From: Fibrobacterales bacterium
GTDB lineage: Bacteria > Fibrobacterota > Fibrobacteria > Fibrobacterales > JAOPTW01
Length of the DNA stretch: 64,000 bases
Direction: 5' to 3'
NCBI GenBank assembly: GCA_051532035.1
Contig: JAOPTW010000006.1
Span: 32,001 to 96,000, forward strand
Below the pieces are notes generated by a model. That model worked only from the letters and a program-made list of their open reading frames with translations, did no database searches and was not told where the DNA came from. Below, piece after piece: positions 49,900-60,360 of this stretch (the first letter of the stretch is position 1; each line of letters starts with the position of its first letter). Position numbers and translations under genes: made by a program.

Positions 49900-50922
49900 C
49901 TATTTGCTTCTCATTTCGAAGAGCTGTGCTGCAACAATACCGTGAGCAACTGCAACATTGAGAGACTCAAGTTCATTTGCCATTGGAATTTTGATTGTCT
50001 GATCCGCCATATCCATATAGCGTGAATCAGCACCCGCACCCTCATTTCCTACTAAAAATGCCACTTTTTTACGAAGTTTTGCAGTCGCTAAAGTGTTTTT
50101 AGAGTGAGGTGAAGTTGCGATAATCGTAAACCCTTTACTTCTGAGAAACGAGATTCTTTCTGCAAGGTCAACACGACTCTCAAACGGAAGTCTGAGAAAT
50201 GTTCCTGAAGAGCCACGCACTACTTTTGAATTAAAAGCATCAACAGTGCCTTTACCCATAATTATTGAATCCATTCCAAAACCGAGAGAGGTACGGAAAA
50301 TACCACCCAGATTACCTGGATCTTGTACCGCATCAACCAGCGTTACCAAACGCGCTGAATCGTAATTAGGCTTTAATACCGACATGTAGCAGATAGCAAG
50401 AATACCCTGAGTCGTTTGAGTTCCACAGATATATTCAAAATCACCTCGTGAAAATGGCTCCGCCTCAAATCCTTTTGATTCACAAAAAGCGAGGAGATCA
50501 TTATCATCAAACCCTTCCATCACTTTGACACTCTGTACCATTGCCGACGAATGACGTACAACCTCTTCTACACAGGTCGCTCCTTCAACAATAAAGCGAC
50601 TCTCTTTTTGACGTCCTTTATCCGTATGAAGTGAACGAAGTGTTTTAAGCCATGCTGGAGCTTCTACTTTCCCACCTTTAGTCTCATCTGATGATGCTTT
50701 AGAGACATCTTTAGAAAATCGTGGCTTGGGTGAAGTGTACATATCTGCACGAGGACCATCTTTACGAGGGCGAGGCTTTTTATCAGCTCTACCACCTTCT
50801 CGTTTTTTATCACCTCGATCAGGGCGCTCTTCTTTTTTATGCTCTGGCTCTTCACTTCTTCTTGAAAAGGGTGATACGCGCTCGCTATCGAATTTACCTT
50901 TGATTTTTCTTTGTTCGTCCAT
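49900..50922 (-). CDS. TrmH/SpoU family RNA methyltransferase with a charged N-terminal extension
   Basis: QDPGNLGGIFRT, GNEGAG and ESLNVAVA SPOUT motifs. Confidence 0.92.
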   Translation of the reverse strand: MDEQRKIKGKFDSERVSPFSRRSEEPEHKKEERPDRGDKKREGGRADKKPRPRKDGPRADMYTSPKPRFSKDVSKASSDETKGGKVEAPAWLKTLRSLHTDKGRQKESRFIVEGATCVEEVVRHSSAMVQSVKVMEGFDDNDLLAFCESKGFEAEPFSRGDFEYICGTQTTQGILAICYMSVLKPNYDSARLVTLVDAVQDPGNLGGIFRTSLGFGMDSIIMGKGTVDAFNSKVVRGSSGTFLRLPFESRVDLAERISFLRSKGFTIIATSPHSKNTLATAKLRKKVAFLVGNEGAGADSRYMDMADQTIKIPMANELESLNVAVAHGIVAAQLFEMRSK

Positions 50923-50930
50923 ATATTCCT

Positions 50931-51809
50931 CTAATAAACCCGTGTAATGATAAAGTCTGCTATATCTTTTAAAATCGTTTTATCGATTGAAAGCGCATCA
51001 AGGCATTCAATCGCTTTCGCATGATGTTCTTTTACTCTTTTTTTGGATTCGTCCATACCTAAAATTGCAGGGTAGGTCGCCTTCCCTTTTTCAATATCTG
51101 ATCCAACATCTTTCCCAAGCTGTTCTGTTGTCGACTCTATATCGAGTATATCATCTACAATCTGAAATGCAAGCCCAATGTGGTTTCCATATTCAAGAAG
51201 TGCTTTTTTATCACTTTCGCTTATCCCTGCAACCAAACCGCCACTCAAAATAGAGGCCTCGATCAGTGCAGCAGTTTTGTGATAATGAATATAATTGACG
51301 GTATCGAGGTCTACTTTTTTGCCCTCAGATTCAATATCAATAATTTGACCACCGATCATTCCAAAGGTGCCCAGGGCTTTAGCCATTACTGAAACCGTTT
51401 CGATATTACCCGTTTTGGCAAGAAGCTCAAAAGCGAGAATACAGAGAGCATCACCACTGAGTACTGCAGTGGCTTCATCATACTGTTTATGTGCGGTAGG
51501 TTTTCCACGACGGAAATCATCGTCGTCCATACAAGGGAGGTCATCATGAATAAGTGAGAAGGTGTGAAACATTTCGAGGGCACTGGTCACATAAAAGATA
51601 TCATTACCGGTACCACCACACGCTTCAAAAGCTGCATAAGCAAGCCCAGGGCGTAATCTTTTTCCGCCGGCAAACATCGAATATCGCATAGCATCATGCA
51701 ATCGTTTTGGGCGAATGCCACCTCCCGACATGTGCTCATCAAACTTTGCTTCGCATAGGGACCCCACACGTTTTAGATAGTCTAATGCTCTTTGAGCGCT
51801 CTCGTTCAT
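50931..51809 (-). CDS. ispA: Farnesyl/geranylgeranyl diphosphate synthase
   Basis: GGKRLRP, HDDLPCMDDDDFRRGKPT, KTAAL and FQIVDDILD motifs. Confidence 0.93.
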   Translation of the reverse strand: MNESAQRALDYLKRVGSLCEAKFDEHMSGGGIRPKRLHDAMRYSMFAGGKRLRPGLAYAAFEACGGTGNDIFYVTSALEMFHTFSLIHDDLPCMDDDDFRRGKPTAHKQYDEATAVLSGDALCILAFELLAKTGNIETVSVMAKALGTFGMIGGQIIDIESEGKKVDLDTVNYIHYHKTAALIEASILSGGLVAGISESDKKALLEYGNHIGLAFQIVDDILDIESTTEQLGKDVGSDIEKGKATYPAILGMDESKKRVKEHHAKAIECLDALSIDKTILKDIADFIITRVY

Positions 51810-52016
51810 ATATCAAACCTTTTTAATAGCCCCTGAATCGTTGAGATCAGGTATGGGAGGGTAAAGATAGGAAAAAGAGGAAAATTTTGGAGGGGGGGAT
51901 TTTCACTCATGAAAATGAATGTGACCGTCTCAAAGAGGAGAAAAATATAATTAATGCCTCAGAGGCTCTATTAGCCAATTTTCAGTAAAATAGTACGTTT
52001 TTTACACAATAAAAAA

Positions 52017-52171
52017 TGCCCGTGCGGTTCAAAATTTTGAATGTTTTTTCCAATTGATAGTGTGTCTCTTTCCATAAAGTCTTCCCATCTTATATGGCGG
52101 GCTTGATCGAACGGTCAGAAGGCTTACACTTTCATGCTGGGCATAAGACAAAATTTTGGGTTACACAGGCA
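52017..52171 (-). ncRNA. Second rod-shaped structured RNA in tandem with the 6S-like RNA
   Basis: Terminal stem TGCCTGTG/CACGGGCA plus CAAAATTTTG/CAAAATTTTG, internal stems and a following U6 tract on the minus strand. Confidence 0.5.
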
Positions 52172-52178
52172 AAAAAAT

Positions 52179-52347
52179 CAAGCATATCGGCACATTAATT
52201 CTTCGAACTCTATGTTTCCTAAGGATTAGTGCTCGCGACCGGGTTGGATCTCCACTCTCCCAAAGGAAAGGTCATGATCTACTTGCAGCCGTATACGTAC
52301 ACTCTAACATATAGTGTTAGTCGAAAATTAATGTGCCAATATGCTTG
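52179..52347 (-). ncRNA. ssrS: 6S RNA candidate
   Basis: Directly after the zapA stop (established 6S synteny). About 169-nt rod with closing stem CAAGCATATTGGCACATTAATT/AATTAATGTGCCGATATGCTTG, central bubble and apical stem; followed by U7. Confidence 0.7.
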
Positions 52348-52626
52348 TTAATACTCACTTAACGTACTTACAATAGTATCTGTTTTTTCTTCAATATGCA
52401 AGCACAATCGTTCTTTTTCAGCAAGCTCCTTCTCTGTTCTTAATAGCTCTCCTGCGAGAGTCATTGCGACAATAGTCAATTGCTTTTTTCTGTCTAGAAT
52501 CTTAGAGGTCTCTTTAATCTTCTCCTCTACAACAGCAATAATTTCGCTTAACTCATTCGGGCGAACGTCTGTTTTTATCGGTATTTCTAAACCACCGATT
52601 ATAATAGTCTTTGATTCAACGCTCAA
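52348..52626 (-). CDS. zapA: Cell division protein ZapA
   Basis: 92 aa; beta-beta-helix-coiled-coil pattern (IIIGGLEIPI...VAMTLAGEL); follows the zapB-like gene. Confidence 0.75.
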   Translation of the reverse strand: MSVESKTIIIGGLEIPIKTDVRPNELSEIIAVVEEKIKETSKILDRKKQLTIVAMTLAGELLRTEKELAEKERLCLHIEEKTDTIVSTLSEY

Positions 52627-52634
52627 TCTATTAC

Positions 52635-52985
52635 CTAATACTCATGTTGATGTTCTTGATGCTCCTGGTGATGGTGCTCTTCAGAAACCTCTTCTTGATC
52701 ACTGGCTGACTCATCAGAGTCTAGTTCGATTGAGTCCATTGCACTCAATAAGTATTCCAGCTTCTCAGATGCCTCATGTAGACGTCCATCTTTTTCACCG
52801 ACTTGCAAGTTTAGTTCTTCGAGTTCACCGTGTGCTCCGTTGAGCGATGCTTCGAGCTCTTCAACTCGTGACAGCAATTGGCGGTTCTTCTCGTGTAGGT
52901 CACCATTCTCACTTGACAGATTTCCAATAATTTCGAGTGCCTTTTCAACTTTACGTGAAACAACATCTAACTTTTGTATATCCAT
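52635..52985 (-). CDS. ZapB-like coiled-coil protein with an acidic/His-rich tail
   Basis: LDVVSRKVEKALEII...ENGDL coiled coil, upstream of zapA. Confidence 0.65.
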   Translation of the reverse strand: MDIQKLDVVSRKVEKALEIIGNLSSENGDLHEKNRQLLSRVEELEASLNGAHGELEELNLQVGEKDGRLHEASEKLEYLLSAMDSIELDSDESASDQEEVSEEHHHQEHQEHQHEY

Positions 52986-53280
52986 GTACTCCTATCCTTC
53001 GTTAGCTATTTATAACATAATATAAAAAGATTCAGGGGCGTTACTGGTATATTTCCCAGAATTAAAAAAGTCTCGGGTCAAGGATTATTTTAATCAAATG
53101 TTCGATTACCCTATTTTGAACTTCGGCAAGGATTTATTTTAGTTTTTTAATTTTACAGACGCATGCCCTTCTCTCAGATGGATATCTACGACACGCTTGA
53201 AACTTCATTGAGAATCATACAATTTTTATTATCCTTTTTATACTACCCTAATTTCAACGACACCTTACCCCGGAGGCCCC

Positions 53281-54882
53281 ATGGATTTTAGTTATGAAGA
53301 ACTCCTTCAATTAAGCGAAGATACAACCGAATACCGCAAACTCACTGATGATTATATAAGTGAGTCTGAATTTGAAGGCCAAAAGATTTTAAAAATATCA
53401 AAAGAAGGCCTCACCTTCTTAATGGAACACGCATTTTATGACGCCTCATTTAAGCTCCGCACCTCTCACCTCGAAAAGGTAGCGGCCATCCTTGAAGACC
53501 CTGAGGCGAGTGACAACGATAAATTCGTTGCATCAAATATGCTTGAAAATTCTGCAATAGCGATACATGGCCTCCTTCCAACTTGCCAAGACACTGGCAC
53601 TGCAACAGTATATGGCATTAAAGGGCAGCGAGTGTGGACTGATGCCAATGATGCGAAACATATTTCTCACGGTATATTTAACTGCTTTCAAAAAAATAAC
53701 CTCCGTTATTCACAGGTGGTTCCTCTCGACATGTTTACAGAACAAAATTCGGGAACTAACCTCCCCGCACAAATTGATCTCCACGCAGAAAAGGGCAGCA
53801 CCTATAAGTTTCTCTGCATGGCCAAAGGGGGCGGCTCTGCAAACAAATCATACCTCTACCAACAGACAAAATCACTCTTAAATGAGAAAAGCTTTGAAGC
53901 ATTTATACTCGAAGCAATCAAAGGACTCGGTACTGCTGCCTGCCCTCCGTACCACCTCGCATTTGTAGTTGGAGGAAGCTCTGCCGACACCACAATGAAA
54001 ATGGTGAAACTTGCATCTGCAGGATATCTGGACAACCTCCCAACCTCCGGAAGTGAAAAAGGCCGCGCCTTTAGAGATACAGAGTGGGAGCATAAGATCA
54101 CAGAAATGTGCTATAAACTAGGAATAGGCGCTCAATTTGGCGGCAAATACTTCGTACATGATGTTAAGGTTATCCGTATGCATCGACACGCAGCGTCATG
54201 CCCTGTGGGCGTTGCGGTAAGCTGTAGTGCAGACCGTAATATAAAAGCAAAAATTACCCGAGACGGGATCTTTCTTGAAAAAATGGAAGAACAACCTGGC
54301 AGACTGTTAAAGGGTACACAGTTCACTATGAAACCTCCCGTTGAAATCGACCTAGACAAACCAATGGTTGAGATCTTAGAAGAACTCTCTAAACACCCTG
54401 TGAAAACGCGACTCTCCCTCTCGGGCACTATGATTGTTGCACGAGATAGTGCTCACGCCAAATTGAAAGAACTCCTTGATAGTGGTAAAGAGCTCCCTGA
54501 CTACTTTAAAAATCACCCAGTCTACTATGCAGGCCCCGCTAAAACCCCAGAAGGTATGGCAACAGGAAGCTTTGGCCCTACTACCGCCAATCGCATGGAC
54601 CCCTATGTAGATGCATTTCAAAAAGCGGGCGGCTCAATGATTATGGTAGCTAAAGGCAATCGATCCTTGCAAGTAACTGATGCCTGTAAAGAGAATGGAG
54701 GATTTTATCTCGGCTCTATTGGAGGTCCTGCCGCAATCCTCGCACAGAATAATATTTTAGAGGTCGACACCATTGATTTTGAAGAGCTTGGAATGGAAGC
54801 AGTTCGAAAAATCAAAATTAAGGATTTTCCTGCCTTTATCATTGTCGATGATAAAGGAAATGACTTTTTCGCCACAATCTAA
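53281..54882 (+). CDS. Fumarate hydratase class I (Fe-S)
   Basis: [25 protein letters not shown] and GPTTANRMD motifs. Confidence 0.96.
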   Translation: MDFSYEELLQLSEDTTEYRKLTDDYISESEFEGQKILKISKEGLTFLMEHAFYDASFKLRTSHLEKVAAILEDPEASDNDKFVASNMLENSAIAIHGLLPTCQDTGTATVYGIKGQRVWTDANDAKHISHGIFNCFQKNNLRYSQVVPLDMFTEQNSGTNLPAQIDLHAEKGSTYKFLCMAKGGGSANKSYLYQQTKSLLNEKSFEAFILEAIKGLGTAACPPYHLAFVVGGSSADTTMKMVKLASAGYLDNLPTSGSEKGRAFRDTEWEHKITEMCYKLGIGAQFGGKYFVHDVKVIRMHRHAASCPVGVAVSCSADRNIKAKITRDGIFLEKMEEQPGRLLKGTQFTMKPPVEIDLDKPMVEILEELSKHPVKTRLSLSGTMIVARDSAHAKLKELLDSGKELPDYFKNHPVYYAGPAKTPEGMATGSFGPTTANRMDPYVDAFQKAGGSMIMVAKGNRSLQVTDACKENGGFYLGSIGGPAAILAQNNILEVDTIDFEELGMEAVRKIKIKDFPAFIIVDDKGNDFFATI

Positions 54883-54917
54883 AGCAAAACACAATCCACA
54901 ACAACACTCTTTACTTC

Positions 54918-54952
54918 ATACAAAAAAGGCTCATCTGGGGCCTTTTTTGTAT
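54918..54952 (+). terminator. Intrinsic (bidirectional-type) terminator
   Basis: ATACAAAAAAGGCTC-ATCTG-GGGCCTTTTTTGTAT. Confidence 0.85.
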
Positions 54953-55006
54953 ATATCACACATTTCTCACCCAGATATCTTGAAATGTATTTCAATTGAA
55001 TACTGT

Positions 55007-55330
55007 TTATCAACAGTAAGACTATTTTTGCAATCTATTAACACTAAATATGAATAGAATGACTCCCGTTAACTATTTGATTAAACAAAATTTTTACCAA
55101 CGCATTTAGTATTTATCAACGAATATTCCAACATACAATATATGGTATCAACAAAGACATTTAACAACTAAATATGGGTTATCTCTATTTAACCCTTATT
55201 CTACTAAGGCTTAAAGAAGTCTAAACTTTTTACCCTAATTTTATCAACACTGTGTTAACAAATACCACCCCTGTGCCGCAAATAACACAAATATTTTTGG
55301 CCATTTTGACAAGTCCACAAACTATCAACA
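55007..55330 (+). repeat. Array of DnaA-box-like 9-mers (TTATCAACA and variants)
   Basis: TTATCAACA at 55007 and 55241, TTATCAACG 55113, GTATCAACA 55145, CTATCAACA 55322, CTATTAACA 55035 and TTACCAACG 55094. Confidence 0.65.
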
Positions 55331-55562
55331 ATTGAAGAGCCACAAATCAGACTTCTTACAATCCAATACTCACAAACCTTTCCCCAAGTGACACAATTGA
55401 AAATTCAGCATTTAGAGACCTGAACAGACTGTCAATACATGATCATAGCCGCTTAAAAAATCGTACATTCATCACTCTCCCTATAGAGTTAATTACCGCT
55501 TTCAACGCCCCTTTTCTATCTTTCCCCCAAAACAAACCACCTTTTCCCAATTGGAGGCCCCT

Positions 55563-57398
55563 GTGCCTGATTATAGATCGAAGAAATCGACCCATGGACG
55601 TAATATGGCTGGCGCTCGCTCATTGTGGCGCGCTACCGGTATGAAAGATGATGATTTTGGCAAACCAATCATAGCGATTGCTAACTCATTCACTCAGTTT
55701 GTACCTGGACATGTTCACTTAAAAGATCTTGGTCAGCTCGTAGCACGGGAAATTGAAAAAGCAGGTGGTGTTGCAAAAGAGTTTAACACCATTGCCATTG
55801 ATGACGGCATCGCAATGGGCCACGAAGGCATGCTCTATAGCCTCCCTTCACGTGAGCTTATCGCCGACTCTGTTGAGTATATGTGTAATGCCCACTGTGC
55901 AGATGCAATTGTGTGCATCTCTAACTGTGACAAAATCACTCCCGGTATGCTCCTTGCGTCAATGCGCCTTAATATCCCTGTAATATTTGTATCGGGTGGC
56001 CCAATGGAAGCAGGCAAAGCAGTGATTGATGGTAAAGAAGTGCACCTTGACCTTGTTGATGCAATGGTTAAAGCTGCCGATGATTCAGTCTCTGATGCCG
56101 ATGTTAAAACTATTGAAGAGAATGCTTGCCCAACTTGTGGATCATGTTCAGGTATGTTTACTGCAAACTCTATGAACTGCCTTACTGAAGCGCTCGGCCT
56201 TGCACTCCCTGGTAATGGAACCATTGTAGCGACCCATGCTGCACGAGAAGAGCTCTTTTTACAAGCGGCACGCACTATTGTTGCCAACTGTAAAAAATAC
56301 TATGAGCAGGATGATACGTCGGTACTTCCGCGCTCTATTGCCAACTTCAATGCATTTGAAAATGCTATGCGCCTTGATATTGCTATGGGTGGCTCTACTA
56401 ATACGGTACTCCACCTTCTTGCCATTGCGCAAGAAGCGGAAGTTGACTTTACCATGCAAGACATGAACCGCCTCTCACTTGAGACCCCGTGCCTCTGTAA
56501 AGTTGCACCAAACACCGAAAAATACCACATTGAAGATGTCCACCGCGCTGGTGGCATCATGAGTATCCTTGCGGAACTCAGAAAAGGCGGTCTTTGGAAT
56601 GAAGGATGCTTCTGTGTACACGAAAAAACTCTTGATATAGCGATTGAAAAATGGGATGTAACCAACAACCCTGAAAGTGCTGTAACTGACATGTACAAAG
56701 CAGCACCTGGCAACAAACCAAACCTCATTGCCTTCTCTCAAAATGAACGATATACTGACCTCGACCTTGACCGTACTGAAGGATGCATACGTTCAGTAGA
56801 AGGTGCCTATACTAAAGACGGTGGTCTCGCTGTTCTCTATGGGAATATTGCCCTTGATGGCTGTATCGTTAAAACTGCCGGCGTTGATGAGTCGTGCTGG
56901 GTATTTGATGGTAAAGCCCGTATATTCGAATCTCAAGATGATGCTATTGAAGGCATCCTCAGTGGATCAGTTGGTGCCGGTGACTGCGTAATCATTCGCT
57001 ATGAAGGCCCTAAAGGCGGACCCGGCATGCAAGAGATGCTCTACCCAACCTCATACCTTAAATCACGAGGCCTTGGCAAAGAATGTGCACTCCTTACTGA
57101 TGGACGCTTCTCTGGAGGAACGTCTGGACTCTCTATTGGACATGCTTCACCAGAAGCTGCTGAAGGCGGAAACATCGGTCTTGTTGAAGAGGGTGATATC
57201 ATTAAAATCAATATTCCAAAAAGAACTATCTCTATGGATGTGAGTGATGATGAACTTGCAAAACGTAGAGCCACTATGGAAGCGAAAGGTGCAACCGCGT
57301 GGAAACCTAATCGTGACCGACACGTATCTACAGCACTCAGAGCTTATGCGGCGATGACGACCTCTGCTGATAAAGGCGCAGTGAGAAGGCTTCCATAA
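55563..57398 (+). CDS. ilvD: Dihydroxy-acid dehydratase
   Basis: GTG start after [40 protein letters not shown] and TDGRFSG motifs. Confidence 0.97.
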   Translation: MPDYRSKKSTHGRNMAGARSLWRATGMKDDDFGKPIIAIANSFTQFVPGHVHLKDLGQLVAREIEKAGGVAKEFNTIAIDDGIAMGHEGMLYSLPSRELIADSVEYMCNAHCADAIVCISNCDKITPGMLLASMRLNIPVIFVSGGPMEAGKAVIDGKEVHLDLVDAMVKAADDSVSDADVKTIEENACPTCGSCSGMFTANSMNCLTEALGLALPGNGTIVATHAAREELFLQAARTIVANCKKYYEQDDTSVLPRSIANFNAFENAMRLDIAMGGSTNTVLHLLAIAQEAEVDFTMQDMNRLSLETPCLCKVAPNTEKYHIEDVHRAGGIMSILAELRKGGLWNEGCFCVHEKTLDIAIEKWDVTNNPESAVTDMYKAAPGNKPNLIAFSQNERYTDLDLDRTEGCIRSVEGAYTKDGGLAVLYGNIALDGCIVKTAGVDESCWVFDGKARIFESQDDAIEGILSGSVGAGDCVIIRYEGPKGGPGMQEMLYPTSYLKSRGLGKECALLTDGRFSGGTSGLSIGHASPEAAEGGNIGLVEEGDIIKINIPKRTISMDVSDDELAKRRATMEAKGATAWKPNRDRHVSTALRAYAAMTTSADKGAVRRLP

Positions 57399-57420
57399 AG
57401 CAAAATAGTAATAACTCTTT

Positions 57421-57446
57421 AAGCCCAGTCTTTACTGGGCTTTTTT
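57421..57446 (+). terminator. Rho-independent terminator
   Basis: AAGCCCAGT-CTTT-ACTGGGCTT followed by a T run. Confidence 0.85.
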
Positions 57447-57487
57447 AATACCCGTAGCAAGCTACCAATAGGAATAGGCACATACAT

Positions 57488-58039
57488 ATGGCACCGAAAA
57501 GCAGAGACCACCTCCTCCTCCCCTTTCAGATTGTCACCATTATTTGGGCGGTCTTTATTATTGATGCCGTTCTTCCCGGAACCTTCAATCACTTTGGGAT
57601 TTTACCGCGCACCCAATGGGGGCTCATTGGCGTGATTGCATCTCCTTTTCTTCATGGATCACTTTCACATATAACCAGCAATACCGTGCCACTCATGATA
57701 CTCACTGGTGTCACTGCACTCTTTTATCACCGGAAAACGTTTGGAATTTTGCTTTCGATCACCATTATTAGTGGCCTACTGGTCTGGGCCTTTGGCCGAC
57801 CTTCTTATCATATTGGTGCGAGTAGTGTTATTTTTGGATTGATTGGGTTTCTTATTTCCTTTGGGCTCTTCCATCGGAAATTTATTCCACTCATTATTTC
57901 GGCACTGATAGGGCTTACCTTTGGAGCCACCCTACTCGTGGGTATTCTTCCCAATCAACCAGGGGTATCGTGGGAAGGCCATCTTTTTGGTGCAGTAGCA
58001 GGGGCTATAACCGCCCGCTATCTCGCAAAAAAATCATAA
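57488..58039 (+). CDS. Rhomboid family intramembrane serine protease
   Basis: PFLHG..HITSN, HIGASS and SWEGHLFG motifs. Confidence 0.92.
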   Translation: MAPKSRDHLLLPFQIVTIIWAVFIIDAVLPGTFNHFGILPRTQWGLIGVIASPFLHGSLSHITSNTVPLMILTGVTALFYHRKTFGILLSITIISGLLVWAFGRPSYHIGASSVIFGLIGFLISFGLFHRKFIPLIISALIGLTFGATLLVGILPNQPGVSWEGHLFGAVAGAITARYLAKKS

Positions 58040-58046
58040 TCGGCTC

Positions 58047-58955
58047 TTAGAACGCCACCTGTAAACCAAAACTTGGTATGATGGTTACTCCATCCATTTC
58101 GACAGTATCATTATTGAGTACCGCGAACTCTCCATAATCTTGATTATAAATACTGAGCGAGAGAACAAGGAAAACGTGCTTATAGCCTGCCTTTACATTA
58201 ACAAATGGGCCATAGGAAACAAAGCCACTCTCTTGTTCTGGAATAGGGTCAAGAGACTTGGTAATACTCTCTTCCGAATCATCTTCAGCCATTTTAATAA
58301 TACCTACTGAACCAAACCGCTTAAAGCCATAAGTTAGGGATGTGTAATTCATAGCCAAACCATAGTTGATTGAACCATATTTCTCATCTGGGCCTAAGGA
58401 ATTACCAAACACTAAGCGCCCAAGAATATCATATCGTGAGAACTCATATCCGAGTATAGATTGCACTTTGCCTGCAATAGAAGGAAGATCATAATCCTGA
58501 GATGAATACTGGAGGCCAAAGGAGCCATACATATCATCTTTCGTCTCTGAACCGATACCTGCAGTAGAGCCCATAAATTGGTACTGCATATCATACACTT
58601 TTACACCACCCGCATAAGTAAAGCCAAGGTCAAATCCGTTGAATAGACCATAGCGAACATAAAACCCTGTCCCCATTGAAATAGGGTCCACAGATTGTGC
58701 AACAACTAACTCTGACAAATCATGAAGACGATCACGCTCAACATTATTAGTATCCGAATCAAGTTCACCTACAGCATTTTTCATCTCACCGGTGACAACA
58801 CCAATAGTATTCAATGGAATATTTGGTGACATATCAATACCCACTTTAAAGTCACCTTTGGAGGTCACTTTTGCAGACTGGCTATTATATCGTGGGGCTG
58901 CACATTGGGTAAGTAACAGTGTTAAAGACAATAGCACTAGTTGTTTAAAAAACAC
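58047..58955 (-). CDS. Hypothetical outer-membrane lipoprotein, beta-barrel-like
   Basis: Lipobox LTQC, beta-strand pattern and C-terminal FGLQVAF. Confidence 0.6.
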   Translation of the reverse strand: MFFKQLVLLSLTLLLTQCAAPRYNSQSAKVTSKGDFKVGIDMSPNIPLNTIGVVTGEMKNAVGELDSDTNNVERDRLHDLSELVVAQSVDPISMGTGFYVRYGLFNGFDLGFTYAGGVKVYDMQYQFMGSTAGIGSETKDDMYGSFGLQYSSQDYDLPSIAGKVQSILGYEFSRYDILGRLVFGNSLGPDEKYGSINYGLAMNYTSLTYGFKRFGSVGIIKMAEDDSEESITKSLDPIPEQESGFVSYGPFVNVKAGYKHVFLVLSLSIYNQDYGEFAVLNNDTVEMDGVTIIPSFGLQVAF

Positions 58956-59127
58956 AAAATCTCCTTATTAAATTCAATGGAAAAGTAGGAAAAATATCAT
59001 TCCTCTTCACCCCATACTATGCAAGTGTGATATACCGCACACTATACCGTACAATTATACTCTGACGCTCTCCCCTTTTATCCAAATCATTCTATTATAG
59101 TACCAGACCTTCGAGCAACCGCCCCTC

Positions 59128-60360
59128 ATGATACATCTTGCCCTCAATCACGCCACCCCCCATTACGCAGAGATTATTTCGATCATTCTCAACGGTGACC
59201 GAACGCTTTTCCCTTTTATTCCAGAGGGAGTGGGGGCCTACTTTTCGAATACAACCCTTGAGCACTGTATTGAAAATGAAGCGCTCTATGATCAGTTTAC
59301 CTTAACCGGCTCTTCAAAGAGATCAGTCTTAACCTACTCGAGTGGCGAAAGGAAAAAAGCACTCCTAAACCACCTCCTCAGCAAATCACCCAACTATCTG
59401 ATTGCCGAAAACCCTTTTGACGCCCTTGACCAAGAGAGCGTTACTGAACTCACTAATCGACTGATTGAGCTCTCACACACCATACCCATTATCCAAATAT
59501 TTAATCGCACTAGTGAGCTCCTTCCCATTATAACCCATAGTATTGTGGTATCAGAAAAAGGGCCACAGCTGGTGCCCATTGCAGAGCATAGAGCCGATTT
59601 TCATACCACTCCTCCTTACACATTACATGAACTCCTTCCACAGCCCCTCATGGAACCACCACAAGTCCCCCATGAGTTAGTAAACTGCATAAATGTCTCT
59701 GTCTCACATCTCGACAAGCCCATTCTCAGTGACATTAATTGGACCATAAAGAAAGGTGAATTTTGGCAACTCAAAGGCCCCAATGGGTCGGGTAAAACAA
59801 CCCTCCTTACCATGATTACTGGGGACAATCCAAAAGGGTACCGACAAGAACTCTATCTTTTTGGCAACAAACGTGGTAGTGGGGAGAGTGTCTGGGATAT
59901 CAAACAGAATATTGGTTACTTTACCCCACCAATGATGGACCGCTTTAATACCCATCATACAGTATTAGAAATGGCACTCTCGGGGCTAAAGGACACTATT
60001 GGCCTCTATGTTAAAGCATCACGGGTCGAGGTTATTCTCGGTAGAGAGTGGCTCACACTGGTTGGCCTCTTTGATAGGCGCAATGACCGCTTTAAAGACC
60101 TATCTGAGGTAGAAAGACGTATTGTACTTATTATTCGTGCAATGATCAAACACCCACCCCTCCTTATTTTAGATGAGCCTTCGATGGGGCTTGATGACTA
60201 TAGTACCAGTATCCTCTCGGCTCTGGTTAATAAAATTTCAGAGGAAAGCACAACCACAATCCTGTATGTCTCTCATCGAAATGACCCTGGGCTCAATCCT
60301 CGCGCCATATATTGCCTCACCCCCTCTGACACAGGTTCAACCGGAAAAGTAGCCAATTGA
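59128..60360 (+). CDS. ModF-like tandem ABC ATP-binding protein (degenerate N-terminal domain)
   Basis: Partial first domain (SSGERKK, ENPFDALD); second domain GPNGSGKTT and LDEPSMGLD. Confidence 0.82.
   Translation: MIHLALNHATPHYAEIISIILNGDRTLFPFIPEGVGAYFSNTTLEHCIENEALYDQFTLTGSSKRSVLTYSSGERKKALLNHLLSKSPNYLIAENPFDALDQESVTELTNRLIELSHTIPIIQIFNRTSELLPIITHSIVVSEKGPQLVPIAEHRADFHTTPPYTLHELLPQPLMEPPQVPHELVNCINVSVSHLDKPILSDINWTIKKGEFWQLKGPNGSGKTTLLTMITGDNPKGYRQELYLFGNKRGSGESVWDIKQNIGYFTPPMMDRFNTHHTVLEMALSGLKDTIGLYVKASRVEVILGREWLTLVGLFDRRNDRFKDLSEVERRIVLIIRAMIKHPPLLILDEPSMGLDDYSTSILSALVNKISEESTTTILYVSHRNDPGLNPRAIYCLTPSDTGSTGKVAN

Noticed and set aside
54955..55550. CRISPR array or amino-acid attenuator upstream of ilvD
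   Set aside because: Repeats are only ~9 bp and irregularly spaced; no Ile/Leu/Val-rich leader peptide with a terminator was seen.
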